The notes under the pieces: model-generated
What the model was told of the DNA's origin: nothing
The model's input: only the letters and a program-made list of their open reading frames with translations
The model's database searches: none
Assembly (NCBI GenBank): GCA_023391015.1
Contig: JAEWBT010000047.1
Span: 8,119 to 72,118, forward strand
DNA length: 64,000 bases
Reading direction: 5' to 3'
DNA from: Bacteroidota bacterium
Lineage (GTDB): Bacteria > Bacteroidota > Bacteroidia > Chitinophagales > Chitinophagaceae
Position numbers and translations under genes: made by a program
In this document: in pieces, positions 44,906 to 52,298 of the stretch
Numbering within the stretch: the first letter of the stretch is position 1
Layout: the number at the start of each line of letters is the position of its first letter

Positions 44906-46382
44906 GGGCCAGATTTGTTTTTATCCGCTCCCGGATTTCCGCAAGCGTTGTTTCTAAGAGCAGCTTCCCATCTCGGAAAACGGTCTTTAATTCCTCCTGT
45001 GCTTCCTCTTCCCAAGTGCAACTGTCTTTGAGGGCCAGCTTCCCGGTTTGTGCGTCTTTGTACACTTGTAGCAGTCCTTTGGCGGAAAGCTTCGTACCGT
45101 CGTCGGTCTTCGGACTTTTAAAAATGTCACGGCCTTCCCCATTTACCTCGCCGTAAGTGGCCTTCATGGCAAAGCCAAAAGAGTCACGCGTTACGTATTC
45201 GTAGGTGAAGGAACCAAGACCGAGGATGACATTATAACTGGCAAAGCCTTTCTGCTTTAATCCTTCCAGAATAGCCTGCTGCCGTTCGGGAGTAATGCCA
45301 TCACCGTAAATCAGTCCTACGTGACTGTCCAGCAGCTTGTAGCCTTGTGGGGTAGTGGTTCCGCCAAAGGTTTCCCACATGCATTCAATCACGCCTTTGT
45401 GTTCCGGACTGCCGGATGCGGCGGCTGCATCGCCAATGATAATTTTCACTGGATCACCACTGTCGGGGCGAATGACCACCTTACCCTCCCGGGCGAGAAT
45501 AACGTCTTTCAGCTTTGGTAAAAACTCCGTGATGACCTGCCAGAAATCCCAGGTATCGCTCACGATAGAGACAATGCCTTTAGGATAGACGTCTGTAATG
45601 AGGCGCTCAAACGTTTCCATCTCGGCGCTTGCCGTGCCCATGCACATTACGCTATGTTCCGTAGCTGGTACAGAGCCTCCAACCAGTTCCCGTTCACAGT
45701 CCGCGCCATAGTATTCCTCTAAGAAGTCAATGGCTGGAATGGTATCGGTGCCGGTGAAACAAAGCAGATGACCCGCACCGCTCATTAGCGCGTCTTCAAT
45801 ACCACTCATTCCACGAAAGGAAAAGTCGTGACCCTGCCAAGGGACAAAGCTCAGATCCTCACCCACCGTATCAAGCGCGTAGCAGGTAAAGGTTTTGAGG
45901 TAATGGTAAGCAGTTGTAGCAGAGGTACAAGGCTTCCAGAGAATGGCACTAAGGAGCGTTTCTAACGCATTCGTCAACCAAAAGAATTCCGGAACCGTGT
46001 TGCGAATCGTGAAGACTGGAACTTTCATCGGCACGAGGGTGCCTTCGGAGAGTGCCTTAATTTCTAAGGGCAGATAGCCGAGATCATGTAGCGCACCAAT
46101 GTGGTCATAGGGAATGCTGTCTTTGCCCAGATAGTTGTCTATGCGGCGGGCATAACGACTCAGTACATCTTCCTTGGGCTGTTTAAAAAAGTGTTCGTTG
46201 AACTGGCGGATGAGATACTCCTTGATGAAGTATTGCAGACCGAAAAATACCACTTCGGGCATTTCCGAATTGCGCGATTTGCGCGGTGTGAGGTTGGAGT
46301 AAACCAAGGTGGTGCCTTCGGGATACTGAAATTTATGGCCGACTTTATAGCCGTCTTTCAGCAGAATGGGGAGGATGTTCAT
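44850..46382 (-). CDS. nadV: nicotinamide phosphoribosyltransferase family protein (NadV/NAMPT; alternatively Namat-like)
   Basis: MNILPILLKDGYKVGHKFQYPEGT... is a typical NAMPT N-terminus. 510 aa. Confidence 0.85.
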   Translation of the reverse strand: MNILPILLKDGYKVGHKFQYPEGTTLVYSNLTPRKSRNSEMPEVVFFGLQYFIKEYLIRQFNEHFFKQPKEDVLSRYARRIDNYLGKDSIPYDHIGALHDLGYLPLEIKALSEGTLVPMKVPVFTIRNTVPEFFWLTNALETLLSAILWKPCTSATTAYHYLKTFTCYALDTVGEDLSFVPWQGHDFSFRGMSGIEDALMSGAGHLLCFTGTDTIPAIDFLEEYYGADCERELVGGSVPATEHSVMCMGTASAEMETFERLITDVYPKGIVSIVSDTWDFWQVITEFLPKLKDVILAREGKVVIRPDSGDPVKIIIGDAAAASGSPEHKGVIECMWETFGGTTTPQGYKLLDSHVGLIYGDGITPERQQAILEGLKQKGFASYNVILGLGSFTYEYVTRDSFGFAMKATYGEVNGEGRDIFKSPKTDDGTKLSAKGLLQVYKDAQTGKLALKDSCTWEEEAQEELKTVFRDGKLLLETTLAEIRERIKTNLAHELQNTVPARRVEGTGAY

Positions 46383-47065
46383 GACACTTGAATATGGAGT
46401 GAAAAGGCCGCTTTTTTAAGCGCCTTATTAAAGCGAAACAATTCAGGGTGACGGTTCTTCCCGCCTTCTCGTTTCATTCCTGTAGCGGTGATGTACTCTG
46501 CTTCCAGAATCTTACGGGCGAAGTTTCTTCGGTCAATATCTGTGTTTAGAATGCACTCGTAAAGCTGGTGCAGCTCACTCATGGTAAACAGCTCGTCTAG
46601 CAGTTCAAAGCCCACCGGGAAGTAGAGAATCTTAGACCTCAGCCGTTGAAGCGCGACATTGAAAATCTGTTTGTGGTCAAAACCTAGTTTCGGCAACTTG
46701 TCTATTTCGAACCACTGCACATCGTTAGCCATTGTTCCGACAGTTACTCTAAATCGCTCCGGATTAATGAGCGCGTAATAGCTCACCGAGAGCACGCGTC
46801 CGCGCGGGTCACGGGCCGGATTGTCAAAGGTGTAGAGCTGCTCCAGATAAAGCCTGGAGATGCCAAGCTTGGTGTGCAGGACACGCGTGCAAGCTTCGTC
46901 CAGCGTTTCTTCCATTTGCAGAAAGGCACCAGGCAGCGTCCAAGTGTTTGCAAAGGGTTCCTCCTTCCGGTTGAGAAGAAGAACGGAAAGCTTGCGCTGA
47001 TTATAGCCAAACAAGACCACATCGGCTGCAAGCGCCGGATTCTTGTATGCGCTGAATGCCTTCAT
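46379..47065 (-). CDS. nrtR: Nudix-related transcriptional regulator NrtR (degenerate Nudix box + C-terminal winged helix)
   Basis: LPGAFLQMEETLDEACTRVLHTKLG (Nudix box lacking REx2EE), RDPRGRVLSVSY, LGFDHKQI, and a C-terminal RRNFARKI wHTH. ATG at 47065 preferred over the upstream TTG. Confidence 0.7.
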   Translation of the reverse strand: MKAFSAYKNPALAADVVLFGYNQRKLSVLLLNRKEEPFANTWTLPGAFLQMEETLDEACTRVLHTKLGISRLYLEQLYTFDNPARDPRGRVLSVSYYALINPERFRVTVGTMANDVQWFEIDKLPKLGFDHKQIFNVALQRLRSKILYFPVGFELLDELFTMSELHQLYECILNTDIDRRNFARKILEAEYITATGMKREGGKNRHPELFRFNKALKKAAFSLHIQVS

Positions 47066-47069
47066 TTTG

Positions 47070-47090
47070 TTTGTGTATATTTTACACAAA
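47070..47090. promoter_or_regulatory. 21-bp palindrome, candidate NrtR operator
   Basis: TTTGTGTA-tattt-TACACAAA, ending 5 bp upstream of the nrtR ATG at the head of the 8-gene minus-strand operon. Confidence 0.4.
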
Positions 47091-47186
47091 GTAAAGACAT
47101 CTCAAGGTGACTTCCAAATAGTACTGCGCTAGCACCTTAATGAGGACAATTAATAGCTACGCGCGCAAAATTTCCCTAGTCTCCCA

Positions 47187-47211
47187 AAATGTTGTACCTA
47201 TGTTGTACCCA
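47187..47211 (+). promoter_or_regulatory. candidate integrase arm-type sites (two TGTTGTACC repeats)
   Basis: AAATGTTGTACCTATGTTGTACCCA is identical to 693-717. It lies 50 bp inside the right att repeat. Confidence 0.45.
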
Positions 47212-47223
47212 CCGGAAAAGAAA

Positions 47224-47249
47224 AAGGCTTCCAGATCGCTGGAAGCCTT
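47224..47249 (-). terminator. hairpin terminator downstream of tRNA-Pro, supplied by island DNA
   Basis: AAGGCTTCCAG-atcg-CTGGAAGCCTT. On the minus strand it is followed by a TTTTTCTTTT run. Confidence 0.55.
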
Positions 47250-47260
47250 GATTTTACTGG

Positions 47261-47306
47261 GTCGGGACGACTGGATTCGAACCAGCGACCCCATGCACCC
47301 CATGCA
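47261..47306 (-). repeat. att direct repeat within the intact tRNA-Pro
   Basis: Identical to 537-582. Confidence 0.85.
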
Positions 47307-47335
47307 TGTGCGCTACCGGGCTGCGCTACGTCCCG
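47262..47335 (-). tRNA. tRNA-Pro (anticodon GGG)
   Basis: The reverse complement is CGGGACGTAGCGCAGCCCGGTAGCGCACATGCATGGGGTGCATGGGGTCGCTGGTTCGAATCCAGTCGTCCCGA. It folds by hand into a cloverleaf: 7-bp acceptor stem, anticodon loop AUGGGGU, T-loop TTCGAAT. Confidence 0.9.
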
Positions 47336-47383
47336 AAACTTTCCGGTAATGGGCGGCGAAGATAAACAACTTTTCCGGAAATT

Positions 47384-47980
47384 TTAGACCCGCCGGTTGC
47401 TGATCAGCTGCATAAACTCGGCGCGCGTCTTTCCATCTTCAAAACAACCCGAAAACGCACTCGTCGTGGTCACGCTGTTTTGCTTTTGCACGCCCCGCAT
47501 CATCATGCACAGGTGCTGCGCTTCAATCACCACCGCCACACCCAGGGGTTGCAGCGTTTCCTGAATCACATCCACAATCTGATGCGTCATCCGCTCCTGC
47601 ACCTGCAGGCGCCGCGCATAGCAATCCACCACCCGCGCAATCTTGCTCAGGCCGGTAATGTAGCCATTGGGGATATACGCCACATGTGCCTTGCCAAAAA
47701 ACGGCAGCAGGTGATGCTCACACAAGGAATACAGCTCAATGTCTTTCACAATCACCATCTCCGAGTATTCTTCGTGAAAGCGCGCGCCGTTCAGGATGGC
47801 CGCCGGGTCCTGGGTGTAACCGGAAGTCAACACCTGCATAGCCTTGGCCACGCGTTCCGGCGTTTTCAGCAGGCCTTCCCGCGTCGGGTCTTCGCCCAGC
47901 AGCTCCAGGGCGCTTGCATAGTGCCCGGTCAGCTGTTGGGTAATCGCTTCGTCGTATTGATCAATCTTTTGGTAAGCCAA
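47384..47980 (-). CDS. folE: GTP cyclohydrolase I
   Basis: [12 protein letters not shown]...[20 protein letters not shown]...RLQVQERMT signature. Confidence 0.9.
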   Translation of the reverse strand: MAYQKIDQYDEAITQQLTGHYASALELLGEDPTREGLLKTPERVAKAMQVLTSGYTQDPAAILNGARFHEEYSEMVIVKDIELYSLCEHHLLPFFGKAHVAYIPNGYITGLSKIARVVDCYARRLQVQERMTHQIVDVIQETLQPLGVAVVIEAQHLCMMMRGVQKQNSVTTTSAFSGCFEDGKTRAEFMQLISNRRV

Positions 47981-48072
47981 AACAGGAATCAGGAGTTAGG
48001 AATTAGGAATAAGTCTGCTAACGAAAACAGCGCTTTATCAAACATGACACATGAAACATAGCACATGAACCA

Positions 48073-48492
48073 TCACCCTTCTTCCCCGTAATACTCCACG
48101 TAAATCCGGGGTGTTTCCTGGAGTTTAATGCGGTAGAGCTGTGCGCCGGCGGCCCGCAGGTGCGGCTCCAGCTCGTTCCAGATGCCAATGGCCAGATTTT
48201 CAGAAGAGGCAAATTTGCCTTGCATAAAATCCACGTCGAGGTTCAGGTTGCGATGGTCAATCTTCTCAATCACCGCTTCCTTCATAATATCGCCCAAGGT
48301 TTTGGCGTTGAAAACAAAGCCGGTTTCCGGGTTGGGCTTTCCTTTGATGGTCACGTGCAGCTCATAGTTGTGGCCGTGCCAGTTGGGGTTAGAGCATTTG
48401 CCAAACACCTCCGCGTTTTGGGCGTCGTCCCAGTCGGCGTTAAAAAGGCGGTGAGCCGCGTTGAAATGTTCTACCCGCGTCAGGTAAATCAT
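48073..48492 (-). CDS. queD: 6-carboxytetrahydropterin / 6-pyruvoyl-tetrahydropterin synthase
   Basis: FNAAHRL...CSNPNWHGHNY...NLDVDF motifs. ATG at 48492 preferred over the longer ORF. Confidence 0.8.
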   Translation of the reverse strand: MIYLTRVEHFNAAHRLFNADWDDAQNAEVFGKCSNPNWHGHNYELHVTIKGKPNPETGFVFNAKTLGDIMKEAVIEKIDHRNLNLDVDFMQGKFASSENLAIGIWNELEPHLRAAGAQLYRIKLQETPRIYVEYYGEEG

Positions 48493-48572
48493 AAAAATAA
48501 ATACTGAAAAAAGTCTGTAAAGGTACAACGCATTAAAAACCACTTTTGCTAAAAAGACCCGAATTTGCCCCG

Positions 48573-49211
48573 GTGAAAATCCTTTTAACCGCCGCCACCG
48601 CCGCCGAAATCGCTCCTGCTATAGAAGCGCTTCAAACAAAGCCTTCCCTTTTCGACGTCCGCGTTTGCGTTACCGGCGTGGGCATTTGCGCTGCCACTTT
48701 GGGTCTCACCGAAGGTTTGATTTCCGGAAAATACGACCTTGTAATTGCCGCCGGCATTGCTGGCAGCTTTGACCGCTCGCTGCCTCTGGGAACCGTTGTG
48801 CGGGTAACACGCGATTGCTTTGGCGACCTCGGCGTGGAGGATAACGGCACTTTTCTGGACCTGCAACAGCTACAGTTGGCAAAGCCCGAAGACGTTTGTA
48901 TCGAAGCATTTTCCCCGGAATTTCCGGAAAATTTGAGTAAAATAGTTCTTTCGCTACCCACCCGCGAAGCCATCACCGTTCACACCGCTACCGGTACTGC
49001 CCTCACGGCCGCCGCCCGCGAAAAGCGCTTCGGCCCTGTACTGGAAAGCATGGAAGGCGCGGCGTTTCACTACGTCTGCCGGCACAAAGACACGCCTTTG
49101 CTGCATCTGCGCGCCATCTCTAACTACGCCGAAGCCCGCAACCGTCCGGCCTGGGATATTCCCCGCGCCGTTCAAAACCTCAATGCAGTGCTGAAAGATT
49201 TGTTGTTTTAG
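48573..49211 (+). CDS. mqnB: futalosine hydrolase (PNP/UDP phosphorylase fold)
   Basis: ILLTAATAAE...VTGVGICAA...IAAGIAGSF...ESMEGAAF. The GTG at 48573 is the likely start, but the start is uncertain. Confidence 0.7.
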   Translation: MKILLTAATAAEIAPAIEALQTKPSLFDVRVCVTGVGICAATLGLTEGLISGKYDLVIAAGIAGSFDRSLPLGTVVRVTRDCFGDLGVEDNGTFLDLQQLQLAKPEDVCIEAFSPEFPENLSKIVLSLPTREAITVHTATGTALTAAAREKRFGPVLESMEGAAFHYVCRHKDTPLLHLRAISNYAEARNRPAWDIPRAVQNLNAVLKDLLF

Positions 49212-49250
49212 AAAAGAAAAGCCCCGCAAGGTGCAGGGCTTTCTACTTTA

Positions 49251-49300
49251 GGGAGGCATATGGGTTTCGAACCCACGACCTTCGGAACCACAATCCGACG
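49251..49300 (-). repeat. tRNA-His(GTG) 3' fragment (anticodon arm to 3' end, no 5' half): candidate prophage att site
   Basis: The reverse complement is CGTCGGATTGTGGTTCCGAAGGTCGTGGGTTCGAAACCCATATGCCTCCC. It has anticodon loop TTGTGGT and a T-arm. The upstream sequence does not form a D-arm or a 5' acceptor strand. Confidence 0.6.
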
Positions 49301-49344
49301 GCCCCATAAAGTTTTAAGCAACAACCCGCGCCAGTAGTGGGTTT

Positions 49345-49743
49345 CTAATTTTTTGAGGTCTTGGTTTTAGGGGCTTTTTTGGGGCGAGTGTTACCGGAAG
49401 TGTTACCCTCCGTAAAATCTTCGGAGACCGCGCCAGCGCTTGCTTTCAGGCGCAAATCCATTTCCAAAAGGGCCAGTGAGGTGCGCATGTTTTCAATGAT
49501 GTCCGTGCTGGTGTAGGCGGATTGGGGAGATCGGAACATCGTATCGGTAAAGCCATAGATGAAATCCATACTGACACCGAACAGTTTTCCTACAGCCTGG
49601 TGGTGGTGTTTGGTGAAGCCACTATTGCCGGAAGTGTAGTTGGATTGGTTGGTAGGCGATATGCCGATTGCTTCAAACCATTTCGCGTTGGTATCAATTC
49701 CGGAAATGCGTTGCTGGATGCAATAGTCTTTTACGTCCAGCAT
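49345..49743 (-). CDS. hypothetical DNA-binding-like protein with basic C-terminal tail
   Basis: 132 aa from the ATG at 49743. It has a Lys-rich tail (RPKKAPKTKTSKN). HTH assignment is weak. Confidence 0.4.
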   Translation of the reverse strand: MLDVKDYCIQQRISGIDTNAKWFEAIGISPTNQSNYTSGNSGFTKHHHQAVGKLFGVSMDFIYGFTDTMFRSPQSAYTSTDIIENMRTSLALLEMDLRLKASAGAVSEDFTEGNTSGNTRPKKAPKTKTSKN

Positions 49744-49766
49744 CCGTTCGTCGGTTATAAACAGGC

Positions 49767-49952
49767 TTATTTCCGTATTTCCGGAATTTTCCCGTTTTGC
49801 AGTGCTGCCAGCTTTTGGTCTTGTAGTTGCTGCCATTCCTTATAGAGGTTTAGGTAGTCAGAGATAATGTCACCGTGCTCCAGCATATAATCCACGAGCT
49901 GTTGCTCTTTGGCTGCAATGAGGGTGTCGATGGCGCCTATTGCTTTTTCCAT
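49767..49952 (-). CDS. small hypothetical protein
   Basis: 61-aa helical ORF directly downstream of the lipoprotein gene. Confidence 0.35.
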   Translation of the reverse strand: MEKAIGAIDTLIAAKEQQLVDYMLEHGDIISDYLNLYKEWQQLQDQKLAALQNGKIPEIRK

Positions 49953-49954
49953 TT

Positions 49955-50482
49955 TTAGAAAGTGTCCGGGCTTTGGTGGAGCGCTGAGGAGAGGCTTTTC
50001 ATCAGGCTATCTGTGTGCCTACGTATCTCCTCTTTGGTGTGTGCTACCTCTTGCCGGTATTTTTTATCTGCCTTTTCTGTAGGATCGCTGAGTCGAAAGG
50101 TTGCCGGAGTGCCAACGCTGGCACGGTCCGCCTTAAAGTCACCTATCCGGTAGCGATAGCGGCCATCTTGAACATCTACTGTTAGGGTGTAGGAGACATT
50201 CATATTCACTGGCCATTGCCCTTTTTTCGGCATTGCAACGATGTGATACCCTTTTAGGATGAGTTTCCCGGCGGCCTTGTCGCTGAGCTGAACCGTGCCG
50301 GTTGGGGTAGTATAGGTGGTGGCTACCCACTGGGCGGCTTTGACAAAAAGCTGGTCTGCTGTGCCGGAGGCTGTATCCACTTCCTCAAAAACAAATGATT
50401 CCGGCTTTGCGTCGCTCTGGGCGCTTACAGGCTCAAAACCGAACAAAACCACAATAGAAAGGAGGGCAAATGCTTTTTTCAT
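49955..50482 (-). CDS. secreted/lipoprotein-like DUF4468-type protein
   Basis: Signal peptide MKKAFALLSIVVLFGFEPVSAQ. The body resembles DUF4468 (recalled from memory). Confidence 0.55.
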   Translation of the reverse strand: MKKAFALLSIVVLFGFEPVSAQSDAKPESFVFEEVDTASGTADQLFVKAAQWVATTYTTPTGTVQLSDKAAGKLILKGYHIVAMPKKGQWPVNMNVSYTLTVDVQDGRYRYRIGDFKADRASVGTPATFRLSDPTEKADKKYRQEVAHTKEEIRRHTDSLMKSLSSALHQSPDTF

Positions 50483-50494
50483 AATGAGGTTGTT

Positions 50495-51352
50495 TTAGTC
50501 GTTCATGACGCGTTTGATGACAAAGAAAATTTGGGAACAGTCGTCCAGATTTATATCAAAGTCAGGGTAGGCTTTTTTATCCGGGTTGCGGCAGCAGCAG
50601 TGAAGAATTCCCTTTTCTACGTCCTGGCTTTTAATCATGGCTACCTGAATGCCATGCTGCCGGTCCACAATTATCCAATACGGGTATCGTTTCCCTTTTG
50701 CCGGTAACTCTACTTCATTGTCGCCCGCTTTAATCTTTGGCTCCTTTTTGCCTGGAACAGCCGGCTCAAAAGGGAGTTTATATTTCCACATAGAGCGCGG
50801 ATAGCTTTCGCCCGTCAGCTCCATGTCTTCCTGAATGCCTTTTATAGAACCGTCGTCCTGACAGCTTCCGGTAACGGTAAAGGAAACAAAGAGCGCTTCT
50901 GATACTCCGGCAACGATGGTGGAATGCTCCGGAAGCGTCTCGGTGTATTCCGGATCGCCCCAGCCTGCAACGTAGGCGGCGTGGGCCGCGATAGGTACAT
51001 GCTTATGGTAAACGCGCCACATGCCGTCCGTGAGCGGCTCAAAACGGTTGCCGTGCTTGTTGGTACGCCAGTCACGTGCTGTATCACTGGTTCGCGTTGC
51101 AACCTGTGCGTGATTTGTGTTTTTTTGGGTAGCATGGTGTAACGTTCCCGGCGTGAGCAAAGTGTCAGTGGTAACGTCTATTGCTGTGGCTATCAGCTCC
51201 TTTGTCTCTGGTGGTATTACAACTTGTTCAAAAACACGGTAAAGGCGCGGCCTGTTCCAGCCCAGCTTTTCTGCCACTCCTTTTATGCCAAGGGGCGAGT
51301 ATTTAAGCACCTCTTTAAGCAACTGGCCTTCATGAATCGCGGGCTGGTTCAT
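50495..51352 (-). CDS. phage repressor-like protein (N-terminal HTH)
   Basis: LGIKGVAEKLGWNRPRLYRVF HTH-like segment. It is divergent from a Cro-like ORF across an operator-bearing spacer. Confidence 0.5.
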   Translation of the reverse strand: MNQPAIHEGQLLKEVLKYSPLGIKGVAEKLGWNRPRLYRVFEQVVIPPETKELIATAIDVTTDTLLTPGTLHHATQKNTNHAQVATRTSDTARDWRTNKHGNRFEPLTDGMWRVYHKHVPIAAHAAYVAGWGDPEYTETLPEHSTIVAGVSEALFVSFTVTGSCQDDGSIKGIQEDMELTGESYPRSMWKYKLPFEPAVPGKKEPKIKAGDNEVELPAKGKRYPYWIIVDRQHGIQVAMIKSQDVEKGILHCCCRNPDKKAYPDFDINLDDCSQIFFVIKRVMND

Positions 51353-51375
51353 TTCACAAATATTTGTTAATACGA

Positions 51376-51452
51376 CGTTACACGGTGTATCGTATGCGTT
51401 ACACGGTGTAATATTGCATTGTAATAAAGAACGCGCATTTATACGCGCATTT
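51376..51452. promoter_or_regulatory. lysogeny-switch operators: 2 x CGTTACACGGTGTA (palindromic core TACAC-G-GTGTA) and 2 x ACGCGCATTT
   Basis: 14-mers at 51376-51389 and 51397-51410 (21-bp spacing). 10-mers at 51431-51440 and 51443-51452. All lie within the 124-bp divergent intergenic region. Confidence 0.6.
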
Positions 51453-51476
51453 GTTCGCCCAAAAGTAAAAGAAAAA

Positions 51477-51743
51477 ATGTTGAAAAAACAAAACAGCCAT
51501 CAAATCCTGACTAAGGCGCGTCGCAGTGTACCGCTTACAAGTGAGATGAAAAAGGCGCTTCGTGTGCATATCAAGGCGCATATGAGCCTTGATGATGCGG
51601 CTAAAGCGTTGGGCATTAACCGGGGCGCAACATTGGCCAAAGTGCGCAAAGACGGCACTTGCGCCTCTTCCACTTACAATAAAATTCTGGTTTTGGTAAA
51701 TCCGGATTTGGCTCCAAAGGCGGAATCTGAAAAACAGGGTTAA
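51477..51743 (+). CDS. Cro/antirepressor-like small DNA-binding protein
   Basis: 88 aa. LDDAAKALGINRGATLAKVRK is an HTH-like segment. ATG at 51477 preferred. Confidence 0.45.
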   Translation: MLKKQNSHQILTKARRSVPLTSEMKKALRVHIKAHMSLDDAAKALGINRGATLAKVRKDGTCASSTYNKILVLVNPDLAPKAESEKQG

Positions 51744-51746
51744 ACC

Positions 51747-51956
51747 ATGTCCACCGAGCAATTACTAAACGATTTCAAGATGCTGGAAGCCTACCACACG
51801 GCAGCCGCTAAACTCGCTACCGGCCTGCGGAAAGAGCTGGAGAAGGGTCTTACCGGCCCGGTATCCGGCTCTTCCAAAGGGCTAACTATTTCCGGCGAAC
51901 AGTTGGATGCGATGGCAGCAACGCTTCGGGCAAGCCGCTCCAAAACAAAGCATTAA
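51747..51956 (+). CDS. hypothetical phage protein
   Basis: 69-aa ORF, tightly packed after the Cro-like gene. Confidence 0.4.
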   Translation: MSTEQLLNDFKMLEAYHTAAAKLATGLRKELEKGLTGPVSGSSKGLTISGEQLDAMAATLRASRSKTKH

Positions 51957-52030
51957 AAAAGCCGCGCTGCTACGGCAAATAGCAACACGGCAATTCTCAA
52001 TAACAGGCCACAGGGCCAAAAACAAATTCT

Positions 52031-52252
52031 ATGTCAAAGGTAGCACAACCCACCATTCCGATTCTGGCGGCAGTTCAGGTCGCAGAGAATTACATCAGCC
52101 GCGTCCTGGCACCCGGCCAACTCACAGCAGCGGAAGGCCTTGTCCTTTCCATGCTGCGCCGATACGGCCACAGCGAACGCGCGCAGTTCCACGCCAATGC
52201 ACTACGGAACCTCATTCACGTCAAGCGCTGCGAGCTCATCGCATTTTCCTAA
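52031..52252 (+). CDS. hypothetical phage protein
   Basis: 73-aa ORF. Confidence 0.4.
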   Translation: MSKVAQPTIPILAAVQVAENYISRVLAPGQLTAAEGLVLSMLRRYGHSERAQFHANALRNLIHVKRCELIAFS

Positions 52253-52298
52253 TCACCGACTTCTTTTTTCATTTTTCAATACCCCAAACAGACACGTT

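Larger units (their letters stand above)
537..47306. mobile_element. ~46.8 kb integrative genomic island inserted in the 3' part of tRNA-Pro(GGG)
   Basis: Identical 46-bp direct repeats at 537-582 and 47261-47306, the right copy forming part of an intact tRNA. Integrase at 752-1972 and an excisionase-type HTH at 32471-32815. Shared TGTTGTACC repeats sit just inside both ends. Composition is mosaic AT-rich/GC-rich. Confidence 0.85.

Noticed and set aside
47140-47349. 69-aa plus-strand ORF overlapping the att repeat and tRNA-Pro.
   Set aside because: It reads through the antisense of a tRNA gene and a terminator hairpin, so it has no coding plausibility.
50495-51352. Possible LexA/S24-type autocleavage domain in the C-terminal half of the repressor-like protein.
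   Set aside because: I could not find the G-(D/S)-S-M ... K catalytic dyad pattern (only TGSCQDDGS). The protein is therefore called HTH/repressor-like only.
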